Shown here piece by piece: positions 41,304 to 53,324 of a DNA stretch of 64,000 nucleotides. The notes below the pieces were generated by a model, which was not told the DNA's origin, searched no databases, and worked only from the letters and a program-made list of their open reading frames with translations. Source of the stretch: Octopus sinensis. Taxonomy: Eukaryota. The stretch's first letter is position 1; each line of letters opens with the position of its first letter. Both the position numbers and the translations under genes were made by a program. Where the stretch lies: the NCBI RefSeq assembly GCF_006345805.1, contig NC_043000.1, positions 24,552,001-24,616,000 of the forward strand, written 5' to 3'.

Positions 41304-42602
41304 GTATATGTATGTGTGTGTATATGTGTATTATGTATATATTTATATATATATATATATGTATATGTATATGTATGTGTGTGTGTATATGTATATATGT
41401 GTATATATATGAGTGTACGCGAGTATGTCGATGTATATGTAGGTATGTAGAGTTATGTGTATGTGCATGTATGTGAGTGTAGATACAAATTGTAGATGTG
41501 TATATATATATGTGTGTGTATATATACATGTATATAGGTATATGTATGTGTGTGTATACATATATATATATATATATTATATATATATGTATATGCGAGT
41601 ATGTAGAGATATAAGTATGTGCATGTGTATATATATGTGTGTATATATATATGTATAGGTATGTGTATGTGTATGTATGTATATATATATGTGTGTGTGT
41701 ATGTATGCATATATGTGTATGTATGTATGTATATGTGTATGTATATATGTGTGTAAGTGTGTGCATATATGTATGTAAGTGTGTGTGCGTGTATGAGTAT
41801 GTATGTATGTTTGCACACATGTATATGTGTGTGTGTGTATATATGGATGCGCGTGTGTGTGTGTGTGTGTATGGGTACGCATGTACATGTGTATGTGCGT
41901 GTATGTGTATATGTGTATGTATGTATGTGTGTGCGTATATTTGTATATGCATGTATGTATATGTATGTATGTGTGTGTATATATATATATGGGTGTGTGT
42001 ATGTGTATAAATGTATGTATGTATGGATGTATGGATGTATGTATGTATGTATACGTATGTATGTGTATGTGTAATATGTATGTATGTGTATGTGTGTATA
42101 TATATGTGTGTATATATATTTGTGTATATATATTATATATGTATATATATTGTATATATATGTATATATATATATATATATATATGTGTGTATGTATTTG
42201 TATGTATGTATATGTATGTGTGTATATATATATTTATTGGTGTATATGTATAGACTAGCCTTCTAAGAGTGTAGACATGAATCTGTAGGTACGCGTACGT
42301 ATGTGTATATACGTGAATGTATGTAGATGTATGTATGTATGAATATAACGCGTGCGTGCGTGTATGTGTATGAGTGTACGAATGAGTGAGTGTACGTGCT
42401 AATGAGTGTGCGTGCGTGAATGAGTGCTTGTTTTCAAGTAGACAGATAAATGGACTTGCTGTCATAGCCAAGATCCTTGGGACCAGCGGTCAAAGATAAC
42501 AAAAGTAATAAATGAAGATAATAAAATTAAAATTAGGGAGTGGGTTTGTATTTGTATGTATATATATGTGTGTATGTGTAGGTATGTATAGGTACACATA
42601 TG

Positions 42603-42633
<31 letters not shown>

Positions 42634-42930
42634 ATGTATGTGTATGTATATATATGTGTGTATGTGTATATATGTGTATATAGGGACTAGTGTGCTGTGT
42701 GTGCATGTGTGTATGTATATATATTTTTCTGTATGTGTGGTCGTGTGTGTATATATACATGTGTGTATACGTGTATGCATGTGAGTGAGTGTATGTATAT
42801 ATATATGTGTATGTGTAGATATGTATATGTATGTGTATGTGTATATATATGTATATATGTGTGTGTGTATGTATGTGTGTATGTATATATGTATGTATGT
42901 GTGTGTATATATGTATACATATGTGTATAG
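40720..42930. repeat. Compound (TA)/(TG)/(TATG) microsatellite of about 2.2 kb with unique islands at 40960-41165 and 42260-42550
   Basis: Direct inspection. Source of the many Y/I/C/V/H/T ORFs in the track. Confidence 0.95.
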
Positions 42931-42934
42931 GTAT

Positions 42935-43213
42935 AAGTGAGAATCTCCTTATTTACCTAAAACTCTATTCTTTTTTATATATATTTTTTTATTTTTTTAT
43001 TTATTCTTTTATCTAATTTACCACTGACTCCTTGACCACTCCCCCAAGTATGATATTTTGCGCTATGCCTACCCCCAAAAAGTCCCCCACCACCACCCCT
43101 TTAAACCTGCCTAAATGTATAAATGCCAATACAATTCTTGTTAACTAGCTTCCTGAAGATTTCTCTTGAATGAAACAGTTCTAGTCCTGTAGAAGCCCCT
43201 TCTATATAATAAA
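42935..43213 (+). repeat. 3' pseudo-LTR of the PLE
   Basis: Unique sequence after the internal microsatellite. Its distal part matches the inverted 5' copy. The left boundary is approximate. Confidence 0.75.
43148..43196 (+). ncRNA. Type I hammerhead ribozyme in the 3' pseudo-LTR
   Basis: GCTTC-CTGAAGA-T TTC TCTT GAA T-GAA-ACAG TTCTAGTC CTGT-A^-GAAGC. Helix I is 5 bp, the core is CUGAAGA/GAAA, helix II is 3 bp with a U.U closing pair, helix III is 4 bp. GUA cleavage is predicted after 43191. Confidence 0.75.
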
Positions 43214-43226
43214 TAATAAAAAAAAA

Positions 43227-43258
<32 letters not shown>

Positions 43259-45100
43259 ATATGTTTGTATGTCTGTGTTTGTCCCCCCAACATCGCTTGA
43301 CAACCAATGCCGGTGTGTTTACATCCCCATAACTTAGTGGTTTGGCAAAAGAGAACCGATAGAATAAGTCCTGGTGTTGATTTGCTCAACTAAAGGTGGT
43401 GCTCCAGCATGGCTGCAGTCAAATGACTGAAACAAGTAAAAGAATAAAAGAATACCATGCTGAATGTACCAGTTCTCCTCTGGTCACCAAAGTAGGCAAA
43501 TTTGAGCCCAGTCACTACTTAGTTGCATGGACACTTGAGCAACCTACGTGCTGCGAGCATCACTTTTCAGTGGTAGTGCCCCAGGATGGTCACAGCTTGC
43601 AGGATGAAATGGTTGAAAGAACATAGTATATCTGTGACAATACTCCTTAACATGTACTTCTCATTTAAGACACTAAGAGTGCAATTAGAAGTTGATTTGA
43701 CTGCTATTGCAGTACACTGAGTGTCCACATACAGCTTATTGCTAGCATTGGTATTAGGAGTAGTATAGTGGTTATAGTAGTAATGACAGTAAGGGTTGCA
43801 GTAGAGACCTGATGGCAGAAGCAACAATTTGTAAAAGCAGTTGTAATGTTACAGGTGATAAAAGGAAGTAGAGAAAACAAGGACACAGAGATAAGTGCTA
43901 AACCCATTGCTTCAATTATTAACAGAAATTAGACAAACTTCTGTTTTAGAAAGGGATACACAATGGTTTTTCTTCTAACTGTATATCTTGAACCACTTTG
44001 ATAACCATTTTCTGTTGAAATACACTGCCCTTACTTCAATTAATTTTGAAAATAATGAAGAATTTAATAAAATAACTTTGTCGTTATTATCTGGTGTTTA
44101 GGACATAAATTAACAGAAAATTTTGAAGGAAGATTTCAAGACAATTTTAAAACAAAAAGTTTGTATCATACAACAAAAGTCAGTCTCATTTAGGTTGGTA
44201 TCAAAATGATTAAATCATGAAGTTTACTTTTCTGTGTAACATAAGCCACAACTTTGCATTCCAAGCTTTCCGAAACATAGAGTAGATGAAACCATGGCGA
44301 CTGAAGAAGGGGTTTTTTCCTTGTGTTATTTGTCCTGTACTCTTTTTTTTTTGTTGTTTAAGAATAATGTCCAGTTCCTCGGGTTTGTGTCTATGTTTCC
44401 GTTTCTCATTGTGTTCGACGTTTTTTTGGTGTCCTGTACACATATATGCATGTAAATATACATGTAGAGGTAGGTACGCACATATATGTATATATATATG
44501 CATATGTTTTATTTATTAATATATTATATATATATACATACATATATACTATTTTACTTGCTTCAGTCATTTGATTGCGGCCATGCTGGAGCATCGCCTT
44601 TAGTTGAGCAAATAGACCCCGGGACTTATTCTTTGTAAGCCTAGTACTTATTCTATCGGCCCCTTTTGCCGAACCGCTAAGTTACGGGGGATGTAAAGAC
44701 ACCACCATCGTTTGTCAAGCGATGTTGGGGGGACAAACACAGACACACAAACACACACACATATACATATATACGACGGGCTTCTTTCAGTTTCAGTCTA
44801 CCAAATCCACTCACAACAAGGCTTTGGTCGGCCCGAGGATATAGTAGAAGACACTTGCCCAAAGTGCCACGCAGTGGGACTGAATCCTGAACCATGTGGT
44901 TGGTAAGCTAGCTACTTAGCACTTTGGATTAAAAAATTGAAAAATTTCAAATCTGTTCAAAGTTGTCTTTTACACACATATAAGGTAAAGAATCAATTTT
45001 GAACAGAAAAAAGATCTTTATCAATTTTTCATTTAGAGAAAGAAAAGAAAAACTTTTTTCCTTTAACCTCCCCATATCTGCTAATATTATTTATGCATTA

Positions 45101-45332
45101 AGGCAATGAACTGACAGAATTGTTAGCATGCTGGGTGAAATGCTGAGCAGTATTTCATCTGCCGTTACGTTCTAAGTTCAAATTCCACCGAGGTCGACTT
45201 TGCCTTTCATCCTTTCGGAGTCGATTAAATAAGTATCAGTTACACACTGGGGTCGATGTAATCAACTTAATCTCTTTGTCTGTCCTTGTGTGTACCCTCT
45301 ATGTTTAGCCCCCTGTGAGCAATAAAGAAATA
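45101..45332 (+). mobile_element. tRNA-derived SINE family B; many copies (1-182, 428-590, 1030-1880, 2110-2310, 6690-6860, 7420-7620, 10360-10885, 22100-22290, 27265-27660, 28135-28320)
   Basis: A-box-like tggcagaat and B-box-like gagttcaaattcc, then the conserved gaggtcgactttgcctttcatcctttcggggtcgataaa..aagtaccag domain, which resembles Sauria/Meta-type SINE cores from memory. Confidence 0.85.
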
Positions 45333-46559
45333 AATATTATTTATGCATTCTAATAGTATAGTTTATTGATTGGTTGGTTGAGTTGTTCAGTATTTATGCG
45401 TGTGCATGCATGTGTGTTTGTGTAGAAGGGACTTTCCTATAGATTAATATATAAATTTTCATACATCTCTAACAAAAAAAAAAAATGAAAAACCTAAAAA
45501 GAAAAACAAAGCTAGGAATAACAGAATATGTTTGTGACATGGTGATCTTGCTTATCAGATAAAAAGTATTACGTGTTTATATTACTATCAAGAGAAAATA
45601 TTTGAATGATTGAAATATTTTAAATATTTAGAAAATAAAAATGAATTTTTATTTTTTAAAAAAAGTGATCAAATTGGTATATTAATTACCCTATAAATTT
45701 GAAAGTAGACCAACTGGATCAAAATTTATAGTTTTCCAGAGATTTCTCCAAAGTAAATATAAACCATAACTCAAAGGATTTTGGTAAAATTTATTGCTAT
45801 CATCCTAATACTGATGAGAGTAGTTAATATTACAAAATGGTAGTAGAATCAGTAAGGCAACAGGTAAAATTATTTTTACATTGCAGTATTTGGTTGCATC
45901 ATTTAGGTTCTGTGTTCAAATCTTGTGTAGGTCAACTGTGAGTCAACTGTGACTTTTATTGATAAAATAGAGCACCAGTAAAATACTGGGCTAGATCTAA
46001 TCAACTCTGGACAATCCCTAAATGTGAGGCCTTGTACCTATACTCTTTTACTTGTTTTAGACAAACACAGACACACACACATATATATACATACATACTT
46101 ATATATGACGGGGTTCTTTAAGTTTTCGTCTACCAAATCCACTCACAAGGCTTTGTTTGGCCCGAGGCTATAGTAGAAGACACTTGTCCAAGGTGCCACA
46201 CAGTGGGAATGAACCCAGAACCATGTGGTTGGTAAGCAAGCTACTTACCACATTTGGGCAGTACAAGCTAAACCTTAAATTGTGTGAGAAATAACCATTA
46301 TTTACTTCATGCATATTGCAGTTCATGTATTATAATTGTATTGTTTGTTATGGAATCCAGGTTTGAGCATGAATTGGAGTTGATGGAGAAAACAATCTCT
46401 CATGCTTTGTTTCAGTTGCTATAACTTTTGTTTAAGGACATATGCTTATATACTGATTATATCAAGAAAGAATGGGCTATTTCCATTTAAATTTCTTTTG
46501 GATAACCCTATAATTTTAGCTTACTTTTATACATATGTACATACATATATATAATTAAT

Positions 46560-46880
46560 TTTAAAAAATGGAGAAGAAAGACGAAGAACAAAGACGACAA
46601 AAAACAACAACGCGAGGATGTAGTACATGCAAGTATTATTAAAATGTTCAGGGAATAAAAGAAAGAGTGTTTTACATTTTGAGCAAAGCTCTTCTTCAGA
46701 AACAGGAGACAGAGGAAAGTCCAAAAGAAAGGGAAGACGGAAGAAGAAAAAAAAAAACATCGCCCACATCCACATGTAGTTACATTTTGGAATGTATATA
46801 TATCCACATGTAGTTACATTTTGGAATATATATATATAAAACATCTGAAGAAAATCTAAGAATATACTAATTAAAACATG
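46560..46880 (-). mobile_element. PLE pseudo-LTR-like fragment with a decayed HHR motif (46668-46704)
   Basis: The minus strand reads TGTTT-CTGAAGA-A GAGC TTT GCTC-AAAA TG TA-AAACA. The architecture matches 60855-60890, with CpG-type G>A and C>T changes. Confidence 0.6.
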
Positions 46881-47662
46881 GATATAAATATAAATGATCA
46901 AATAGTGTGATTAATGCTTTTATACAAGTAATAACTTATTTAAGGAATTCAGTTCTGTATTATTTCAGTGAAAACAAAAAAAGGTTTTCTAAAGCTACAT
47001 ACAGTTCCACAAGTGCTAAAAATGAAGAAAGCAATGAAATTTACTGTAAATTTATGTTCTCTAAATAGTGAACAGTAACAGAACACTGAAAAGGACTGAT
47101 GTAATGGGATTCATGTCTAATAGAAGCCAGTATTCCTTCCAAATTGAGAATAATAAAAGGTAAAATCCAAGGAAAATAGTTATTGTCTGCATCAATATCA
47201 ATTAGTTTGCAAGAGAATTCTTAGAATAGTTAAATAAGTTCAGTTAGCAAAGAGAGGAGGAGTGAAGGAAGATTCCTCAATCATCATTGAAAGTGAACTT
47301 AAACTATTCTACAAATCCTCCTGCGAATAATGAAGTTTAGATGAAGCAGTGGACAGACAAGCACAAACATTTAGCTTTGTGAGATCTGTGAATGACAACA
47401 ATGACGGTGATGATGACAATGATTATGATGATGATAGTAGTGATGACAACGATCACATGAATCAATGCTGAGAGTATTTATTTTCAAGTTTTCTATTATA
47501 TCATTGCCACCACTTTTGGACACAGAAGTTGCTATCATTTTTATTGTTGTGATACCTGTGGAGAGAGTTTAACTTGGTGAAACATTTTTCTTTTTTTTTT
47601 TAGGTGGGTTCATTGTAGCTACCACCACTCCTCAGGTATGAATAACATAAAATTAAACTTAC

Positions 47663-47745
47663 CATCATCACTATAGTCTTCTGTTTGTGACTTGTGTAAA
47701 TGTGAGAGCCGAGGGTCAATCCAATCGGTAGTTTCTGTATCATGA
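47663..47745 (-). CDS. MAGI: Internal coding exon of a MAGI-family (membrane-associated guanylate kinase, inverted) gene: C-terminal half of WW1 plus inter-WW linker
   Basis: The minus strand reads polypyrimidine ttatttttcattatttcttatcAG | T CAT GAT...GAT GAT G | GTAAGT. The 83 nt translate as (D)HDTETTDWIDPRLSHLHKSQTEDYSDD(G/E), phase 2 in and phase 1 out. This matches the vertebrate MAGI1 segment [27 protein letters not shown] as I recall it, with the same 27 residues, TTxWxDPR motif and split codons. Flanking MAGI exons were not found in the window. Confidence 0.8.
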
Positions 47746-49760
47746 CTGATAAGAAATAATGAAAAATAAGAGTAAAGAATAAGGTTTGATAATAAAATTT
47801 GCTTGCAAATATAAACAAACAATTCACTCAGATTATATATAAGATATCTAAAACAGGTTATAAAATAAAGTAAAGATATAAAAAAAAATATCAAAAATAT
47901 ACAAAAATTAAATAAAATGTACCTTAGAAAGTATATCAAAAAATTTATTCAAAAATACATCTTGAGCAAAATGTATGAGACGAGACATATGAAATAGTCT
48001 ATAAATGGAAGAACTAATAAAAAATGAAATATTTTCATATTTCATAAGATATAAAAATATATATTTAAAAAAATGATATTAAAAGGATAAAGATATTTTG
48101 ATATAATGTTGTTTGGAAATACTGAGGAAAGCACTTGTAGCAACCTCATTTTCAAGTTATATTGTAGTGTTTTATCATTTTTTGCATGTGTTATATCAGT
48201 CAATCAGTGACAAGTAATATGTTGGCCATCTTTGCCATTTGAACAGAAGTCAAATTATTTCCTCTTCTTTTTCTTGTTTTTACTTTACAGAAGCTATGCA
48301 CTGTCTGTTTCATTATATTTTCTCTCTTTAGTTTGTACTTTGCTTCTTTTTGCTTCGCCTCAACAGAACAAAATCAGCTGTCTTAAGTTATAAAAAACAC
48401 CAAGCGAATGAGAAATCATTTGCCAATTGTAAAAGTTCACCAGATTAAATAAACACAACTTTTTTTCTGAACTACTGACCATTATTTGCTAGAAGACATC
48501 TAACTTTACAAACATGAAAATATATGTGAACAGTTTCTACAACTTTATTATTCAACTGACTTGGTAAAACAAAAATATTTATGTACATTCTCACAACATA
48601 TTATACACACATGGCTTTTTATTAATATGTAACTTTTTATTAATCTTTTTTATTGTATTACTGCTGTACATTCAACCTCAAAACATATGCTGTTTTAAAC
48701 ACTATTGAATTATTTGTACCAATAAGATGGGAAAAGGTATATTCTCTGTGGATGTGTAGGAAATAGAAGAAAATTATGTATAGTTTTTGTTATAACTTGT
48801 AAATACCTTAAACCTCCTTAACACTAGTAAATTTTAGGAAGTAATTTATATAGCTAAAAAAACTATTTGTATTACAGCAAGAATATTATAATGTTTTATT
48901 GGGAATATTTCTGCTACTGACATGCAAATTATAGCTGTGTTTCATCATTAAGGCTGGCTACATCATAATACCAAAGAAATTCCTGGTCTGTTTTCACAAC
49001 CAGGAAATAGTTTGGCTCTGAACTACTTTTAATTGTTTTACAAAACATATATCACAGTATAGTACTGCTCACAGATCTGAGAAAGAGTAGTTGCCAAACA
49101 CATATAGTCATTCAGCCAGCTAAAAATAACAGCCCAAACTCTCATAAATCACACTCTATCATCTTAGATAAAGGTTATAATGAACAATAGTTCTTGATAT
49201 ACAAAATACACGATTGTCACAATTGGAATACATTTCACCATAGTTTTGTTTAGCCATGACTGAGCTGTGGATACACAAATACAATAAGATTCACTTTGAG
49301 AAAACAAAAGAAAGCCTCTACATGAGTCCACAACCTGTTAGACATAGCAGCCAAATTTCCTTCAAATCATAATCTACCATCTTAAATTAGAAGTCATACT
49401 GGTAAATGTGTTATTTGGCATTCTTCAGTCATGCAGATTATGGAGAGAAGCTATAGAAAAGCATGAAGAATAACTTTTGAAGTGCAGTTCTTGCCCTGCA
49501 GTCTCAGATAATATAAAGCAGCTGATGTTTTCTCAACATGAAGTGACATGGATATTTGCTGTCGGTGAAGCTAATAAGCAGAAATCTAGATACAGCAATT
49601 TCACCATCGATGCTGCATCACTTTTGTCTGCTGCTGATATTTTTCTACGTTTTTAACACTGTATGTTTATAAGGGATACCTTCTCAAGATGAATAGCACA
49701 GTCCAGAAGGCTTTCAACACGTACATTATTTATACAAACTAATTATATATATATATATAT

Positions 49761-50110
49761 AAAAAGCAACAAGAATGGATTAGTTGTTCAGTACAATTGT
49801 TTCATACGAAGAACAGCTTTATTAAAAGCTGCAAATATTGCAGACTCTCTTCGATACTTCATGAGTGTAGCCTCACCCCCTAGGATGTTTGGAAAACTCA
49901 TATGTGTTTTGGCTGATGAATACGGGACACTTCTTTATGCTGCAATATTTGCAGCTTTTAATAAAGCTGTTCTTCGTATGAAACAATTGTACTGAACAAC
50001 TAATTCATTCTTGTTGCTTTTTTCTTGTTTATAATCACCCCACATTATTTTATGGTTAATACCATATAGATTTCTGGTGCATCTAAGTTAAGTACCGCAT
50101 TCATGTGAAT
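49761..50110. mobile_element. Palindromic PLE-like mini-element next to (TA)n
   Basis: Arms 49761-49843 and 49940-50021 are reverse complements. The tail ataatcacccc...ttaagtacc is shared with 24429-24500. Confidence 0.75.
49908..49996 (+). ncRNA. Type I hammerhead motif with an extended helix II
   Basis: TTTGG-CTGATGA(49913-49919)-ATACG [50 nt] CGTAT-GAAA C AATT G TA^-CTGAA. The core is intact, loop III is the palindrome AATT, and helix I is weak (two G.U pairs). Confidence 0.6.
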
Positions 50111-50221
50111 TCATTGGAACTCACTTGAATCTTGATTGTTTTTACTGAGAATATATATATATATAGTTTGTAAAAAACATAAATCTGAAAGAAGAAGCAC
50201 ACTCTAAGATGTAGAGCAATA

Positions 50222-50450
50222 TATATTAAAAATGGGGAAGGCCAGTTTATGGGATTTCCTTAGGTTTCCTGTCCATAAAGGATTTAACTTAATGGCATGT
50301 TGTCTGATCCCCAAAACCTGTTGGCCCATGACCTCTCAAAAATACTTTTTAAGAGGTCACAGGCCAACAGGTTTTTGGGATCTGATGATGGATGGGAGAC
50401 CTGTAAGGTAATCCCATAAACCAGCCTTCCCCATTTTTAATATATATATA
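50222..50450. repeat. Imperfect palindromic element flanked by (TA)n
   Basis: attaaaaatggggaaggccagtttatgggat pairs with atcccataaaccagccttccccatttttaat. The inner hairpin is gatccccaaaacctgttggcc/ggccaacaggtttttgggatc. Confidence 0.75.
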
Positions 50451-50630
50451 AGTGAAAAAATTTGGAGTCAACAGGAAGGAGTACGGTTGGACATTTATTT
50501 TCAATCACTACAATTGTTTCTATGCAACATAGAACTACACTTGGAGAACTACATCATGTAGAAATAATTGTAGTGATTGAAAATAAATCTCGAACCATAC
50601 TCTTTCTTGTTGACCCCAAATCTTTTCAGT
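50450..50630. repeat. Imperfect palindromic element with an HHR remnant (50538-50575)
   Basis: Arms of about 80 nt (tttattttcaatcactacaattgtttcta / tagaaataattgtagtgattgaaaataaa). The plus strand reads CAC-TTGGAGA-...-GAAA T AATT G TA-GTG. Confidence 0.6.
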
Positions 50631-51252
50631 TATCTATTCACAGAGGACAAATGCCCAAATGCAAACCTGGAAGTAAAAAATAATACTACTACTGGATAGC
50701 ACAGGGTGAAATCTGAATGTGAACAAGCTCTATACTGTACTCTGTTACGTTCTTAATAGAATATACAATAACTATATATATACATAGTGGAGGCACATGG
50801 CCTAGTAGTTAGAGCAGTGGACTCGTGGTCGAGGGATCGTGGGTTCAAATCTCAGACCAGGTGATGTGTATGTTTATGAGCGAAACACCAAAGTTTCACA
50901 CGGCCCCAGCAGGAGGTAATGGCGAACTTCTGCTGACTCTTTTGCCACAACTTTCTCTCATTCTTTCCTCCTGCATCTTGCAGCTCACTTGCGATGGACT
51001 GGCATCCCATTCAGGTGGGGAACCTATATGCCAAGGAAACTGGGAAACCGGCCTTATGAGCCAGGCGTGACTCGAGAATGAACAAACATACATATACATA
51101 CACACATATATGTATATACATATATATATATCACTGTGACTGACCAGGCTATCAGATGTTGTTATACATCGCTGGTCACAATGCGCTTCACATTGTTTTA
51201 GCCTTCAAATGATGCCACCCCGCTGGCTAAGCAAGCTGGCCAATATATATAT

Positions 51253-51352
51253 ATGAATTTTTTGCGTAATGAGATAAAAAAACCAAGGCTGTATAGATAT
51301 TAGAGCATTCTATACAGCCTTGGTTTTTTATCTCATTACGCAAAAAATTCAT
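51253..51352. repeat. Near-perfect hairpin with 44-bp arms and an 11-nt loop
   Basis: 51253-51297 is the reverse complement of 51309-51352 apart from one A bulge. Confidence 0.9.
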
Positions 51353-51500
51353 AGATACACACGCTGACATAGAACCAACATTGAACCCTTTATTCGCAAT
51401 ATTACCGAATCTGGAACTTAACTATGGTCTGTCTATAGCACTTATTCGGCATTACCTGACACATTTGGGTCTCAATGACACCATTATCTCTTATAACCTC

Positions 51501-51540
<40 letters not shown>

Positions 51541-52403
51541 ACACACACACACACACACTTATACATATGAACCCTTAGGATAATAAGGAGCAGAAAACTG
51601 CTAGATGGGTTGTGTTTCTACTGGTATCATTATTCAGCTGGACTTGAATGTCAATTGTCTGGAAGAGCCTGCAAAAGTGCTATGGTCACTGTGACCCCAA
51701 GGGAATTTACTTTTAAAAAATTGCAACAATGTGAATAAAGATGACACACACACATGCACGTGCACGCATGTGTGTATATATGCAGTAGAGTGAAAGAGAA
51801 AAGAGATTGTTGGGACAAGATATGCAATGCATTTGCAAGGTAATGGTTTAGTAAAGAGATGCCAATTGAATGAAATGGAAGGAGCTGGCATGAGAGGAAG
51901 ACTGATGAAGAGGAAAAAAAAAAGATGTTGAAAGATAACTTCAGAATGCTGAACCTCATGAAAGAGGTGAACAAGTGGCTGGATGGTGTGTTGAAGGAGA
52001 CCTGTCTACTCTGGCACAGCATCTGGCTACTTGTTCATCTGTCTGACCCATGACTACACAGAAAAGCTGATGTAAAATGATAATGAGGAAATATGACAGA
52101 GTATTAAAGTGGTTTTCTGTTTCTTTTTTTGTATTTCCATTCTGGGTCGGTGAAATGTTAGATTTCTTAGATTTTAGAAATATCAAAGAAAAACAAACAA
52201 ACAAAAATAAACAGACACAAGAAGTAAAAAAAAAAAACTTAGATAGTGTATGTAGTGAGATATAAGGTAAATGATCCATGTAAGTTAGTCTAGATTCGTT
52301 TTTAACTAAAGACACACGCAAACGTTAAACATACACAGATATACATAGACAGACATACACAGATATACATGCACAAATACACAAATATGTAAACATGCAT
52401 ATG

Positions 52404-52445
<42 letters not shown>

Positions 52446-53324
52446 GAGAGAGAGAGAGAGACATATATACATACACACATGCAGATATACACACATGTAC
52501 ATATATACATATATATATACACATACACATATGCCCATACATACACACAAGCACATGTATATACACACACATATATACAACCTATCTACTTACACACACA
52601 CACACACACACACAGCTGGCTCCTCATTTGTAAAGGAATGAAACTATATAACCAAAACACAAACTACAAGGAAGAATAGTTCCTATCTCTTCTTCATTTA
52701 TCTCTTCTTCATTTTCCATCAGTCTGTCAGACAACTTGCTGACTGATAAGATAATATTTATTAACACTGCTCTCTATCATCGGCAGTGAATGTTCCTGGA
52801 ATAAAGTAGACCATTACAAGAGGAGAGACATAAACAAAACTGAGAGTGGGACGGAGGAGGACAGGAGAAGTTCAAAATATATAAATAAAGAGAAAAAATG
52901 TAAATAAAAGAAATCTATTTAGCAATGTACCAAAATACAAATCATTTATGTTCTTGCAGGTGTTTTTTTCCAAAACAGAGAATTCTAAAATGTTCTTTAA
53001 GCTACAGAAACAAAATTTTTAAAATGAATGAAAACAAAGAAAAAAGGTAATTTTTAAACCCTATTGTTTACTTAAGGACGAACTCAATGAGAGAAAGTTA
53101 AATAAGTTTTGTCAATAAATAGTTAAAATAGAATTTTGTTTGCTTTTCTATTTTTTTTTCTGAAAGTCATTATATATCTGAAAGCAGTGTTCCAGTATGG
53201 GCTTGAGTATGATGGCGAAAACAAACTAAAGGGCACACTAGAAATAGACACCAAATGGCTCTAAAACCACTTCAATACTCCATTAGCACATATCATACAG
53301 ATGATAACTGGGTGTTTTATTTTT

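Larger units (their letters stand above)
38641..43213 (+). mobile_element. Penelope-like retroelement (C-terminal GIY-YIG type), 5'-truncated, with inverted 5' pseudo-LTR and direct 3' pseudo-LTR, inserted in the (TA)n of a SINE
   Basis: RT and GIY-YIG remnants at 38876-40619. Segment 38709-38873 is the reverse complement of 43047-43213. The two halves of a SINE (38450-38640 and 43227-43454) flank it. Confidence 0.9.

Noticed and set aside
40616-43016. Numerous long Y/I/H/T/C/V ORFs, also at 16.2-19.2, 52.3-52.7 and 55.6-56.1 kb
   Set aside because: Microsatellite translation artefacts.
44260-44335. GAAAC and CTGAAGA motifs in a TA-associated repeat
   Set aside because: The motif order and spacing do not give a complete hammerhead fold.
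50374-50410. CTGATGA...GAGACCTGTA in the 50.2-50.45 kb palindrome
   Set aside because: Possibly HHR-derived, but helix II does not form and the core is altered. Too degenerate to count.
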